DNA from: Desulfomonilia bacterium
GTDB taxonomy: Bacteria > Desulfobacterota > Desulfomonilia > UBA1062
Assembly (NCBI GenBank): GCA_050014195.1
Contig: JBEKDT010000002.1
Coordinates: 96,001-160,000, forward strand
Direction of reading: 5' to 3'
Length of the DNA stretch: 64,000 nt
In this document: positions 29,213 to 39,883 of the stretch, piece after piece
Layout of the letters: each line of letters begins with the position of its first letter
Numbering within the stretch: position 1 is the stretch's first letter
Made by a program: the position numbers and the translations under genes
The notes under the pieces: model-generated
The model's input: the letters and a program-made list of their open reading frames with translations, nothing else
What the model was told of the DNA's origin: nothing
The model's database searches: none

Positions 29213-29968
29213 CTATTTGTCCGCCCTGTATACCTCAATAAACTCCACATACGAGATAGACTTTTCATTGGTGTTGTCAGAGTCGTTCATGATGCCGATG
29301 GTGGCGTGTCTGGGCGGCTTCTTTTTGAAGATTTCTTCGTAATCCTTCAGGATATTAACTTCTTCATCGACCCATTGCCCTACATGACTGCTGCCTTTTT
29401 CAAGGAATAACATCCTGTTCCGGTCCGTATATGGGCTTGCAATAGTTCTCTCAGGAAGGACCTTGCTCGACCAAACATAATTCAGGGAGCCCCATGGCGG
29501 ATATTCGCCATAGATGAGCCTGGCTGCATTGAAGATGGCACGATCGATGGGCCCTGCCTTCTGCGGATCATACTCAAAGGCGATATAGATCCTGATGGGA
29601 TAATCATCCCCGGATTTCACTTTTGGGTCGGCATTTTTATAGATGTTCGAGACCTTCCAGCGCCACCTTATATTCGGATATTCATAGACATCAAATGGTC
29701 TCTTGCAGACAAGCAGAGATGCGGATGCATCGCTCCTGGCCGCCAGATAGGATTCCGCACCCGATCTTTCAATCCTGTACACGGTGTGTTGTGATATCTT
29801 GGGAAAGAAGACATCTTTCCATGCGGACAGGTCATTGAAATCTTCCCGGAATAAGACCTGACCGCTTGCGGAAAAGGCAGGGCATGCAAGCACGCCGATG
29901 AAAAGTGCTAACCATGCCAGCGTTCGTACAAGGATTCCCTCATCGAGGGGGGAATTTGATGTGTGCAT
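29213..29968 (-). CDS. DUF3047 family secreted protein
   Basis: W..V.FPKI..HT.Y, WRWKV, K.GDDYP.RIY, LNYVW, IMNDSDNT; true start may be slightly downstream. Confidence 0.85.
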   Translation of the reverse strand: MHTSNSPLDEGILVRTLAWLALFIGVLACPAFSASGQVLFREDFNDLSAWKDVFFPKISQHTVYRIERSGAESYLAARSDASASLLVCKRPFDVYEYPNIRWRWKVSNIYKNADPKVKSGDDYPIRIYIAFEYDPQKAGPIDRAIFNAARLIYGEYPPWGSLNYVWSSKVLPERTIASPYTDRNRMLFLEKGSSHVGQWVDEEVNILKDYEEIFKKKPPRHATIGIMNDSDNTNEKSISYVEFIEVYRADK

Positions 29969-30003
29969 AATGTATACCCTTGTCTTTAAAAATCAATCCG
30001 TAT

Positions 30004-31392
30004 TCAGGCTCTGCGAGTTATTCTTTTTTTTGCAGCAATGATCAGCTGTTTCATCCATATGCCTATGGATCGCTCCCTGCTCCGATAAAGGACTGCAAGG
30101 TCATCAATCGGCATGCCGAGAAAGAACCCCACCATGGCGAGCTGGTTCAGGACCAAGGCTCTGAAGGGGCTGATGGCCTGGAAGCGTCGTGAAGAGGTTG
30201 TGACCTTTGACTTCAGGGTTACGACCCTGCCAGTTTCGTGCATGGCCCGGATAAAGGCCACATCTTCCATGATAGGGACTTCGGGGAATCCCCCTGCATT
30301 ATGGAAGGTACCTTTCCTCACAAAAAAACCCTGGTCGCCATAAGGAAGCTTCAGGTAACGCGACCTCAGATTCGCCCCAAAGGCAATGAGATCCATCACA
30401 AAATCGCCCTCATGGAAGCTCAGGCTGAAGGCCCCGGCAGCAACATCGGAATCGGCCAGTGCCGACCTGATAGCGTCATCATATCCACGTGGCAGCACGG
30501 AATCGGCATGTACGAAGAGGAGGATATCGCCAAGTGCATGCCCGACCCCCTCGTTCATCTGGGCCGCCCTTCCCTTGCACGTTGGAACAACCCTTGCCCC
30601 CAAGCTTGCTGAGAGCTCTCGTGTGCCGTCAATGCTGCCGCCGTCGGCCACGATCACCTCCACATTCTTCCCTGCAAGAGCACTCTTTAGAGTCTTCCTG
30701 ATAAAGGTCTTTTCATCGATTGCAGGGATGATGACCGAAATCATGGGCAGTGAACGCGCTTTCGCCGCCTCATGCCATGAGGGAAGGTCCTCAGGCCGGT
30801 CTATGTCCGAGAGCCTGTCTAGGAGGACCGCTTGAAGGCCGATACCTTTTATGATCTCATAAGTATGTTTCAGGACTTTGCCGGTGCCCCAGGGTATGGA
30901 CCGGAAGATATCCGGTATGGGCCCTTTGAGCCCTATGAGATAATATCCGCCGTCAGCGCTTGGACCGATGGCACAATCGCACCCTTTTAAGGCAGAAAAG
31001 GCCTGCCTGAGGATGGCCGTGGTAATGCCGGGGCAATCGGTTCCGATGAGCACTACACGCTGCGATCCGCCGGTAAATGCCCTTAAGAATGATGCGTGCA
31101 TCTTTTCACCAAGATCGATACCTTCCTGGGGTATGAAGCTGAGCTCCGTTCCCAAAAGGGCCTCCATCTTCCGTTCATCACCACCATTATAATGAACTTC
31201 AAGGACAATGCCGTCGGTTGTCGCGAAATCGCGGGCTGTTTTCAATGTATGTTTGACCATGTCGTTCTGCAGGGCTGCTGCACCATCTTTGCCAAGAACG
31301 GGGATCAGGCGGTTCTTGACATTTCCCGGTTCAGGGTAACGGGTGAAAATGATCAGGGTGTCTTTTATCTTCATATCATCAACAACACTCAT
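30004..31392 (-). CDS. fusion of TIGR04282 (DUF2064) transferase and TIGR04283 GT2 glycosyltransferase
   Basis: N-half FTRYPEPG.VK.RL, Q.G.DLGE.M, LIGTDCP, GP..DGGYYLIG, DIDRPEDL; C-half SVIIPA, DGGS.DGT, GRA.QMN.G, F.HADS, PYGDQG, IMED, TSSRR. Confidence 0.88.
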   Translation of the reverse strand: MSVVDDMKIKDTLIIFTRYPEPGNVKNRLIPVLGKDGAAALQNDMVKHTLKTARDFATTDGIVLEVHYNGGDERKMEALLGTELSFIPQEGIDLGEKMHASFLRAFTGGSQRVVLIGTDCPGITTAILRQAFSALKGCDCAIGPSADGGYYLIGLKGPIPDIFRSIPWGTGKVLKHTYEIIKGIGLQAVLLDRLSDIDRPEDLPSWHEAAKARSLPMISVIIPAIDEKTFIRKTLKSALAGKNVEVIVADGGSIDGTRELSASLGARVVPTCKGRAAQMNEGVGHALGDILLFVHADSVLPRGYDDAIRSALADSDVAAGAFSLSFHEGDFVMDLIAFGANLRSRYLKLPYGDQGFFVRKGTFHNAGGFPEVPIMEDVAFIRAMHETGRVVTLKSKVTTSSRRFQAISPFRALVLNQLAMVGFFLGMPIDDLAVLYRSRERSIGIWMKQLIIAAKKRITRRA

Positions 31393-31421
31393 TGCAAGAA
31401 CAGGCCAAGAGGAAATCAGTC

Positions 31422-31865
31422 TTATTTGCTCAAAGCACTTTCGAATCTCTTTCTGATCTCCTCCATGCGTTTCCGGTTCACCCCGAGGTCGGAGTAGCCC
31501 TTTCTGGAGGCGGAACGGAAGTTGATGAGCTTGTTCGTGTCATCAAAAGAGAACTCCACATCATCCACAAACCGGAATAAACGTGATGTGAACTCTGCAT
31601 GAATGTAATCACCCGTATCAGTGATGACCTTTGCCCTTCTCATCGATGATATCACCTGTATAAGCCGCTGCTTTGCCTGCTCCATGGTCCCGGTGTACCT
31701 GATAGGATCGATGCGGTGAGTATCATCCTGTGCCTGGGTTGAAACGCAGTTGGGGCTGCCTGGACATGGTGCAAACTTCCCTTCCTTCACCCCGAGCATG
31801 GATGGCCTGGTGCCCGAGCAGCATGATAGGAACAGACACAACATGATGGCACTGCCTATCTTCAT
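31422..31865 (-). CDS. DUF1499 family lipoprotein
   Basis: PCPGSPNCVSTQ, YIHAEFTS..FRFVDDVEF, RSASR.GYSDLGVNRKR. Confidence 0.9.
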   Translation of the reverse strand: MKIGSAIMLCLFLSCCSGTRPSMLGVKEGKFAPCPGSPNCVSTQAQDDTHRIDPIRYTGTMEQAKQRLIQVISSMRRAKVITDTGDYIHAEFTSRLFRFVDDVEFSFDDTNKLINFRSASRKGYSDLGVNRKRMEEIRKRFESALSK

Positions 31866-32194
31866 ATCTTTCTCCTTATCTTCTCATTTACCAGCTATGA
31901 TCTCTTAAGCAATAAGCTTACTATAAGAATAAGGACGGGCATTGGGAATGTCAAAGGCTCCTCCCCGGATCAGGAGGCCTGTTGCCCGGCTCCGGATTAA
32001 GGATTTTCCCTGACCCGTCACCTAACTGATAAAAAACTATACCTAAGTTCTAGACTGCTTCATATGATTATTGTAATAGAGAATCCAAAAGTGTGCCGCT
32101 CCATGTTGTCTTGAATGCCAAATCCGGTTTTATAAATGCGGCAGGCTTTTCTAGAGATGTCGTACAGAACATAGGACAGTTGGAGGTCAGATAC

Positions 32195-34264
32195 ATGTCA
32201 ATAAATTCGGAACTTGATGAGCGCTGCATCAATACCATCCGCTTTCTCGCAGCAGATGCCATCCAGAAAGCAAACTCAGGCCACCCGGGCCTTCCGCTGG
32301 GCGCAGCCCCCATGGCTTATGTGCTGTGGACCAAACACTTGAAACACAACCCTGCCAATCCCCGATGGGTGGACAGAGACCGCTTTATCCTGTCCGCAGG
32401 CCATGGATCAGCTCTCTTATATGCCCTGCTCCACCTTACAGGTTACGATCTGCCCTTAAGTGAGCTCAAGAAGTTCCGGCAATGGGGCAGCAAGACCCCC
32501 GGACATCCTGAAAACCGTATTACTCCAGGTGTTGAAATTACCACCGGCCCTCTTGGCCAGGGAATATCGAGCGCCGTTGGAATGGCTATGGCCGAGGCGC
32601 ATCTGGCCTCGGTGTACAACCGCCCGAACCATACAATCATGGACCACTACACCTACGTGCTCGCCGGCGACGGCGATCTCATGGAGGGTGTGGCCTATGA
32701 GGCGTGCTCACTTGCAGGCCACTTGGGACTTGGAAAACTCATCGTACTCTATGACAGCAACCGCATCTCGCTGGCCGGTTCGACCGAGTTGTGTTTTACT
32801 GAAAACACGGAGATGAGGTTTGAGGCCTGCGGTTGGCATACCCAGCGTGTCTATAACGGCAACGATCCGACTGACATAGACATGGCGCTCCTATCGGCCA
32901 AGGAAGAAAAGAGCAAACCATCACTCATCATCGTAGATACGATGATCGGTTTTGGAGCTCCGAACAAGCAAGGTTCCTACAAGGTCCACGGCTCCCCGCT
33001 GGGTGAGGAGGAGCTCCGTCTTGCAAAGAAGTCTTCGGGCTGGGACGAATCCAGGCAGTTCTTTGTCCCGGATGATGCAAACTGGCACTTCCTCAAGGCC
33101 AAAGAGCGAGGTAAAGCCCATGAATCCGACTGGCAACAGGCATTTTTCCGCTACAGCAGGTCTAACCCCGAGCTGGCAGAAGAGTTCAGGCTGAGAATAG
33201 GCGGTGAACTCCCCAAGGGGTGGGATGCCGGACTCTCCGGGCTTTTCAATGACAAAAAGCCCATCTCGACAAGAAAGGCCGGTGAGGTTGTGCTCCAGCA
33301 GCTTGCCCGGAATATACCCGCACTGGCGGGAGGCTCTGCAGACCTGAACCCCTCGACACTCACCTGGATAAAGGAGTGTGGAGACTTCCAAAGTCCCGAG
33401 CTCTGCTGCGATGACGTCCAGGGTATGGTAGGCAAGTGCTGGAATTATGAGGGAAGGAATATCCACTTCGGTGTTCGCGAGCATGCCATGGCCGCCATTA
33501 TAACCGGCATGTCGCTGCATGGCGGTATGATCCCCTATGCATCAACCTTCCTTACCTTCTCCGATTACATGCGGCCGGCCATACGTATTGCGTGCCTGTC
33601 CGGAGTCCGTGCCATCTATATCTTCACTCACGACAGCATCGGCGTGGGTGAGGACGGCCCCACCCATCAACCCATCGAGCACATCATGAACCTTCGGGGA
33701 GTGCCGAACCTTGCAGTCATACGTCCTGCAGATGCTTTCGAGACCTTGCATGCGCTCAAGATTGCGATTAACAGAACCGAGGGTCCCACGGCCCTTATCC
33801 TCACCCGTCAAGACGTTCCTGCCATTGACAGGAATAGATGTGCTCAGGCAAAAGGACTCGAGCGCGGCGGGTATATCCTGTGGGAGTCGGCCAAGACACT
33901 GCCCGGTGTCATCATTCTTTCAACCGGCTCTGAGCTGAGCCTTGCCCTTGAAGCCGCATATGAACTATCGAATGAGAAGATAAAGGTGCGCGTAGTCTCA
34001 ATGCCGAGCTGGGAGCTTTTTGAGAAACAATGCCTTGAGTACCGGGTGAGCGTCCTCCCACCGGAGGTCAGGGCGCGCGTGGCAATCGAGGCGGGACTGA
34101 GGCTTGGATGGGAGCACTATGTGGGGCTGGACGGGGTCATCATCGGCATGGACGGCTTCGGCGCCAGTGCACCTGCAGGCGTGCTCTACGAAAAATTCGG
34201 CATCACTACCCCGGCCATTATTGAAGCGGCAAAAGCACTGGTGAAGAAAAAAGGAAAGAAGTAA
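32195..34264 (+). CDS. tkt: transketolase
   Basis: GGAGGT RBS; [55 protein letters not shown]. Confidence 0.97.
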   Translation: MSINSELDERCINTIRFLAADAIQKANSGHPGLPLGAAPMAYVLWTKHLKHNPANPRWVDRDRFILSAGHGSALLYALLHLTGYDLPLSELKKFRQWGSKTPGHPENRITPGVEITTGPLGQGISSAVGMAMAEAHLASVYNRPNHTIMDHYTYVLAGDGDLMEGVAYEACSLAGHLGLGKLIVLYDSNRISLAGSTELCFTENTEMRFEACGWHTQRVYNGNDPTDIDMALLSAKEEKSKPSLIIVDTMIGFGAPNKQGSYKVHGSPLGEEELRLAKKSSGWDESRQFFVPDDANWHFLKAKERGKAHESDWQQAFFRYSRSNPELAEEFRLRIGGELPKGWDAGLSGLFNDKKPISTRKAGEVVLQQLARNIPALAGGSADLNPSTLTWIKECGDFQSPELCCDDVQGMVGKCWNYEGRNIHFGVREHAMAAIITGMSLHGGMIPYASTFLTFSDYMRPAIRIACLSGVRAIYIFTHDSIGVGEDGPTHQPIEHIMNLRGVPNLAVIRPADAFETLHALKIAINRTEGPTALILTRQDVPAIDRNRCAQAKGLERGGYILWESAKTLPGVIILSTGSELSLALEAAYELSNEKIKVRVVSMPSWELFEKQCLEYRVSVLPPEVRARVAIEAGLRLGWEHYVGLDGVIIGMDGFGASAPAGVLYEKFGITTPAIIEAAKALVKKKGKK

Positions 34265-34275
34265 GGAGTACATTC

Positions 34276-35364
34276 ATGGGAAAACTTCATGATCTTGCCG
34301 CTCTCGGGCAGGCTGTCTGGTTCGATTTCATTCAGAGATCATTGATCAGCTCGGGTGATCTTCAGGATCTCATCGATCAGGGCGTCCGGGGCGTGACCAG
34401 CAATCCCACTATCTTCGAGAAGGCCATCGCAGGCAGCCATGATTATGATGATGCCTTAAAGAGGCTCGCCAAGGCCGGAAAATCCGTGGATGAGATCTAC
34501 GAGGAGCTCGTACTGCGTGATATCATGCTTACGGCAGATCTTTTCCTGAGCGTATATGTGAGAACCCGCGGGCTCGACGGGTATGTAAGCCTTGAGGTTA
34601 ACCCTGCACTTGCCTATGATACCGACAAGACTGTTCAGGAGGCAAAAAGGCTCTTCAAAACCTTGGGCAAGCCCAACGTCATGATCAAGGTCCCTGCAAC
34701 GGATGCCGGCATTCAGGCCGTTGAAGCACTCATCGCAGACGGGGTGAACGTGAATGTGACCCTGCTCTTCTCCGTGAACCAGTATGTAAAGGCTGCTGAG
34801 GCCTACCTCTCCGGGTTGGAAAAGTATCTGGCAACAGGTGGTGACATTGCTAAAGTCGCTTCCGTTGCCTCATTCTTTGTGAGCCGGGTGGACACTTCGG
34901 TAGATGCAGAACTCGAAAGGCTTGGTAACAGAAATCTGTTAGGAAAGGCCGCCATTGCCAACGCAAAGATTGCCTATGCGCGTTTCAAGGAGATCTTTTC
35001 GGGACAGCGCTGGGAGCGGCTGGCAGGGAAAGGTGCACATGTTCAGCGGGTCTTGTGGGCAAGCACCGGCACGAAGAACCCCGGATACCCCGATACCCTT
35101 TATGTCGATAAGCTTATCGGTCCCCATACGGTGAACACCTTGCCGCCCATTACCCTAGGCGCCTTCCTCGACCATGGTCATATCGCATCCTCTCTCGATT
35201 CCCGCCTTGAACAGGCTGAGGAGGAGATTAACGAACTCATGAAACTTGGGGTTGATCTGGATGTAATCACCGGAAAGCTTGAAGAGGATGGCGTCAGGCT
35301 TTTCTCCAGGTCATTTGAATCACTTTTGAACAGTATAAAAAATAAGAAGAATGAGGTTTCATAG
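34276..35364 (+). CDS. tal: transaldolase
   Basis: VWFD, GVTSNPTIF, VSLEV, VMIKVPAT (Schiff-base Lys), NVTLLFS, SFFVSRVD, LWASTG.KNP. Confidence 0.95.
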   Translation: MGKLHDLAALGQAVWFDFIQRSLISSGDLQDLIDQGVRGVTSNPTIFEKAIAGSHDYDDALKRLAKAGKSVDEIYEELVLRDIMLTADLFLSVYVRTRGLDGYVSLEVNPALAYDTDKTVQEAKRLFKTLGKPNVMIKVPATDAGIQAVEALIADGVNVNVTLLFSVNQYVKAAEAYLSGLEKYLATGGDIAKVASVASFFVSRVDTSVDAELERLGNRNLLGKAAIANAKIAYARFKEIFSGQRWERLAGKGAHVQRVLWASTGTKNPGYPDTLYVDKLIGPHTVNTLPPITLGAFLDHGHIASSLDSRLEQAEEEINELMKLGVDLDVITGKLEEDGVRLFSRSFESLLNSIKNKKNEVS

Positions 35365-35366
35365 CC

Positions 35367-37067
35367 ATGGCAAAATGTGAGATAAGCCTCGGTCCTTACC
35401 GATCAGCTGTGGACGAAGCCCTCAAAAAGATAGGAAGCAACAGAATTATAGAGCGCATATGGGACATGGACCACACGGTCTGGAAGAAAGAACCCGAAGA
35501 GATCACCAACAGACTCGGATGGCTCAGGAGCCCCATGTCCATGAGGCAGCGCACCTCGGAGCTGAGGGCATTCACCGATGAAGTGCGCTCGGCGGGCTGC
35601 ACACAAGCCCTTCTGCTCGGCATGGGCGGGTCTTCGCTCGCATCAGATACGGTGCGCCAAACTTTCGGAGTCAAGGAAGGATATCTCGACCTGGCTGTTC
35701 TCGACAGCACAGACCCTGCTGCGGTTGCCTATCAAGCCGGGAGGATTGACCCTGCAAAATGCCTTACAATCGTATCTTCGAAATCCGGCACCACAACCGA
35801 GGTGTTATCGTTTTTTAAATACTTTTATAACCGGACGGCTCAAGCCATCGGCAAAGACAGGTCAGGCGATCATTTCATCGCCATTACGGATCCGGGCAAC
35901 TCACTGAACGATCTGGCTCAGAAATGCCGTTTCCGGAAGGTGTTTGCAGGTGATGTAACGATCGGCGGCCGTTTCTCTATTTTGTCCATCTTCGGGCTCC
36001 TGCCTGCCGCCCTCATGGGTTTGGATATCGCACTCCTGCTCGACAGGGCAGTAGCCATGGTTGAGGCATGCGAGAATACGGATGTATCCTTATCCGGGGT
36101 TAATGAAGGCCTGAAACTGGGTGCGGCACTCGGTGCACTTGCACTAAACGGCAGGGATAAGCTCACCTTCTTCATCTCTGAAAAGGCCGCAGGCTTCGGC
36201 GACTGGGTGGAGCAGCTCATCGCCGAGAGCACGGGCAAGGAGGGTAAAGGCATCCTCCCGGTAATCGGAGAGACACCCGACAGCCCTGAACTGTACGGCA
36301 AGGACAGGGTCTTCGTCTCCATGAAGCTCCCGGGAGATGTTGCAGACGAGCCGTCTTTAGGGAAACTCGCGGATATGGGCCATCCAGTGATACGAATCTT
36401 CCTGGATGACATCTATGATCTTGGCGCCCAGTTTTTCCTCTGGGAGTTTGCCATATCCGTGGCTGGAAGCGTCTTGAACATTAATCCCTTTGACCAGCCC
36501 GATGTCGAATCAGCCAAGGTGCTGTCCCGTAAGGCCATGGATGATTACCGGAAGCAGGGCCGCCTGAGCACAGAGGCACCGGCCTTGATCGATAAAAATA
36601 TTTATGTGTTTGCCGATTTACCATCAAGCACCCTGAGGCAGGCCGTGCACAGTTTTCTTTCCGATGCTCCGGATGGCGCATATATCTCCATACAGGCCTA
36701 TTTAAACCCCGACCGGGAGGTTAACAAGGCTTTAAAGTCATTGAGGCTCTGCCTGTTGGATACATACCGCATCCCCACGACGCTCGGTTATGGACCGCGC
36801 TTCCTCCATTCAACCGGCCAGCTCCATAAAGGTGATGCCGGGAAAGGTCTCTTCATCCAGATCACCTGTAACGACGTCCAAGACCTGCCGATTCCTGATG
36901 AAGCCGGCTCCGACAGCTCGTCCATGACCTTCGGCATCCTCAAGGCGGCTCAGGCCATCGGAGATGCGGCAGCACTCAAGGCTGCAGGCAGGAAGCTCAT
37001 CAGACTTCACATCGCCGGTTCCGACATCCCATCGGCGATTGAAGTTATTACTGAGGCTTTGCGTTAG
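35367..37067 (+). CDS. pgi: glucose-6-phosphate isomerase (type found in Tal-Pgi fusions)
   Basis: LGMGGSSL, SSKSGTT.E, ITDPG, IGGRFS, EQLIAESTGK, NPFDQPDVESAK, GYGPRFLHSTGQLHKG. Confidence 0.88.
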   Translation: MAKCEISLGPYRSAVDEALKKIGSNRIIERIWDMDHTVWKKEPEEITNRLGWLRSPMSMRQRTSELRAFTDEVRSAGCTQALLLGMGGSSLASDTVRQTFGVKEGYLDLAVLDSTDPAAVAYQAGRIDPAKCLTIVSSKSGTTTEVLSFFKYFYNRTAQAIGKDRSGDHFIAITDPGNSLNDLAQKCRFRKVFAGDVTIGGRFSILSIFGLLPAALMGLDIALLLDRAVAMVEACENTDVSLSGVNEGLKLGAALGALALNGRDKLTFFISEKAAGFGDWVEQLIAESTGKEGKGILPVIGETPDSPELYGKDRVFVSMKLPGDVADEPSLGKLADMGHPVIRIFLDDIYDLGAQFFLWEFAISVAGSVLNINPFDQPDVESAKVLSRKAMDDYRKQGRLSTEAPALIDKNIYVFADLPSSTLRQAVHSFLSDAPDGAYISIQAYLNPDREVNKALKSLRLCLLDTYRIPTTLGYGPRFLHSTGQLHKGDAGKGLFIQITCNDVQDLPIPDEAGSDSSSMTFGILKAAQAIGDAAALKAAGRKLIRLHIAGSDIPSAIEVITEALR

Positions 37068-37113
37068 AGACATGCCGACCTCGCTTTACCCTCTTCGTTA
37101 GGAGAAGAGTCAC

Positions 37114-38592
37114 ATGGCACATTTTGACTATGACCTCGGGATCATCGGCGGGGGAGCTGCAGGCCTTACGGCGGCAGCGGGTGCTGCACAATTCGGTGCA
37201 AAGACCATCATCATCGAAAAGTCAGGCTTGCTCGGCGGTGACTGCCTGCACTTCGGATGTGTACCGTCCAAGACCCTCCTCCGAACCGCCTCTGTCTGGC
37301 AACTGGCCCGAAGATCCGGGGAGTTCGGCCTGCCGGGGTTAACCCTTCCGCAGGTAAACCTCGGTTCCGTCATGGACCGGGTGGCTGAAGTGATCGATAC
37401 AATCCAACACCACGACTCACAGGAAAGATTCTGTTCTCTCGGAGCGCTCGTCCGTTTCGGAAATCCGGTCTTTGCTGATGACCATGTTGTGGAACTTGAT
37501 GGAGAGCGAATATCGGCCAGGAGCTGGATTATAGCTACGGGGTCTTCTCCTGCCCTGCCCCCGGTCGGAGGGCTGAGCAATACCCCATTCTGGACGAATG
37601 AAACCGTGTTCTCCCAGAGAAAGCTCCCTGAGAGCCTTATCGTGCTCGGCGGAGGGCCCATCGGATGTGAAATGGCCCAGGCATTTAAGCGCCTCGGATC
37701 AAAAGTAACCATAATCGAATTTCTCGATCAGATCCTCGGACCGGAAGATCCTGATGTGGCGGATATCCTCAGAGAACGCCTCATAGGAGAAGGTGTAGAG
37801 ATTCATACCAATACAAAAGCCATTACAGTTGAATCAAGGGACGCCCTCATCCTTCTCACCATAGGCCCGACTCAAGGAGAGGGCACTACACAGATAATTA
37901 AGGGAGATGCCCTGCTCGTCGCTGCAGGCAGGAAACCGAATGTGGATGGACTTGCCCTGGAATCGGCCGGTGTCTTGTATACTGGTAAAGGAATACCGGT
38001 AAATGATCGCATGAAGACGAACATCCCCCACATCTATGCCTGCGGGGATGTGAACGGCGTCATGCCCTTCACCCACGTGGCCGGCTATGAAGGCGGTATT
38101 GCCCTGGCCAATGCGGTCCTGCGCATTCCGCGCAAGGCCGACTATACCAAGGTCGGGTGGTGCACCTACACCGACCCCGAGATTGCGAGTATCGGGCTCA
38201 ATGAGAAGCGTGCACAAAAAGAGGGCACCGCATATAGTGTCATTGAAGAGCGTTTCGATCAAAACGATCGGGCCGTTGCCGCAAGAGAACCGGGGGGCAA
38301 GATCAAGTTGCTGCTGAACACCAAGGGCTCTCCGATCGGTTGCCAGATCATCGGGGCGCATGCAGGCGAACTCATCCATGAATGGATCATTGCCATGAAC
38401 GGAAAAGTGAAACTATCCACCATGGCAGGCACCGTCCACCTTTACCCGACCCTCTCAGAGGTCTCCAAACGATCAGCCGGAGATTTTTTTGCTTCAAGAC
38501 TCTTCTCTGATAAGACCAGATCCATACTCCGCCTGCTCTTCAATCTTAAGGGAAGGGCGTGCAGTGTGAATGAAGAAAGATTGAGTAAATGA
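37114..38592 (+). CDS. pyridine nucleotide-disulfide oxidoreductase, mercuric-reductase/Lpd-like
   Basis: GGDCLHFGCVPSK redox disulfide, GGGPIG.E, FTHVA, H.YPTLSE; lacks the C-terminal Cys-Cys of MerA. Confidence 0.85.
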   Translation: MAHFDYDLGIIGGGAAGLTAAAGAAQFGAKTIIIEKSGLLGGDCLHFGCVPSKTLLRTASVWQLARRSGEFGLPGLTLPQVNLGSVMDRVAEVIDTIQHHDSQERFCSLGALVRFGNPVFADDHVVELDGERISARSWIIATGSSPALPPVGGLSNTPFWTNETVFSQRKLPESLIVLGGGPIGCEMAQAFKRLGSKVTIIEFLDQILGPEDPDVADILRERLIGEGVEIHTNTKAITVESRDALILLTIGPTQGEGTTQIIKGDALLVAAGRKPNVDGLALESAGVLYTGKGIPVNDRMKTNIPHIYACGDVNGVMPFTHVAGYEGGIALANAVLRIPRKADYTKVGWCTYTDPEIASIGLNEKRAQKEGTAYSVIEERFDQNDRAVAAREPGGKIKLLLNTKGSPIGCQIIGAHAGELIHEWIIAMNGKVKLSTMAGTVHLYPTLSEVSKRSAGDFFASRLFSDKTRSILRLLFNLKGRACSVNEERLSK

Positions 38593-38616
38593 GATAGGAC
38601 AATCGAGGAGAGCATA

Positions 38617-39756
38617 ATGTCATTATTCCTGCTCACCATATTCAGCATTTATAGTGCCGTGCACGTCTATGCCTTCTTCAAGGTGAAGGCCGCCTTCCCT
38701 TTTGGGGCCGGTATAGGCATCCTGCTGGGAATCTTTTTGGCAGTCATGACCTTTGCCCCCATTTTTGTCCGGATACTGGAAAGGCATGGATATGAATTTT
38801 CAGCCCGGTTGATGGCTTACATCGGTTACAGCTGGATGGGCATCATCTTCCTGTTTTTCACCCTTTCTCTCTTGACCGATCTCTATCACCTCTTCGTGAA
38901 CGGTGCCGGGCTGATCTTTCGCAAGGACATGGGCCTGCTCACGCCCTCGGCAAGAATCGCCTTTCTCGTCCCCCTCTTCCTTGCCCTTGGCCTGGCCCTG
39001 TATGGATACTTCGCCGCACTGAACATCCGCCCGGAAATGGTCACCCTCAGATCATCCAAGATCCCTGAGGCAATCGGCCGCCTGCGCATTGCACAGGTCT
39101 CAGATGTCCATCTCGGCATCATCGTGCGTGAAGCGAGATTAAGGAAGATCCTCCGGGTGATTAGGGATGCAAACCCGGATATCCTCGTCTCAACGGGGGA
39201 TCTGGTGGACGGCCAGATCGACAGCCTTGCAGGGTTGGCTGAGGCACTTCAGGAGATACATCCCCGATACGGTAAATATGGTATTACCGGGAACCACGAA
39301 TTCTATGCAGGGCTCCCGCAAGCCCTGGAGATTACCAGGAGGGCCGGTTTTACCGTCTTGAGAAACGAGGCCGTGACGGTCGAGGGCATCATCAACATTG
39401 CAGGCGTCGACGACCCTACCGGGAAATCTTTCGGCCTGTCCGGAGGTATGCCGGAAGAAGAACTGCTCTCTTTATTGCCGAGGGATAAGTTCACGCTTCT
39501 CCTCAAGCATCAACCCTCTGTCCGTATAAAGTCTCTGGGCCTTTTTGATCTCCAACTGTCGGGACATACGCACAACGGACAGATCTTCCCCTTCAGATAT
39601 CTGGTACAGCTCTTCTTCTCACACATTGCAGGATGGTATGACCTCCCCAAAGGGTCCCACCTCTACGTGAGCCGGGGAACCGGGACCTGGGGCCCGCCCA
39701 TACGTTTCCTCTCTCCTCCGGAGGTCACGGTGATCGATCTTATCCACGGCCGGTGA
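38617..39756 (+). CDS. membrane-anchored metallophosphoesterase (YkuE-like)
   Basis: Four N-terminal TM helices; SDVHLG, TGDLVD, GNHEFY, LLKHQP, SGHTHNGQ, VSRG.G.WGPP.R. Confidence 0.9.
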   Translation: MSLFLLTIFSIYSAVHVYAFFKVKAAFPFGAGIGILLGIFLAVMTFAPIFVRILERHGYEFSARLMAYIGYSWMGIIFLFFTLSLLTDLYHLFVNGAGLIFRKDMGLLTPSARIAFLVPLFLALGLALYGYFAALNIRPEMVTLRSSKIPEAIGRLRIAQVSDVHLGIIVREARLRKILRVIRDANPDILVSTGDLVDGQIDSLAGLAEALQEIHPRYGKYGITGNHEFYAGLPQALEITRRAGFTVLRNEAVTVEGIINIAGVDDPTGKSFGLSGGMPEEELLSLLPRDKFTLLLKHQPSVRIKSLGLFDLQLSGHTHNGQIFPFRYLVQLFFSHIAGWYDLPKGSHLYVSRGTGTWGPPIRFLSPPEVTVIDLIHGR

Positions 39757-39883
39757 ATGGTGACTATAAGGAGGTGTTCACCTTTTTTGTTTTTTTAATT
39801 TTTTTATATCAACTGAACACATAAGTCTTGTCTGTATGACATTAAAACTTAATTATTACTATAAATCGAAAGGGAGGTAAATA

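Noticed and set aside
29017-29241. 74-aa ORF with repeated VAAKAAPTI; also considered a mini-CRISPR
   Set aside because: Translation of REP palindromes; only two units, and the intervening segments are related to each other rather than unique spacers.
37114-38592. merA call
   Set aside because: No C-terminal Cys-Cys pair, no N-terminal HMA domain and no mer operon genes.
39840-39870. Possible Fur/PerR box upstream of bfr
   Set aside because: AT-rich but not a convincing dyad match.
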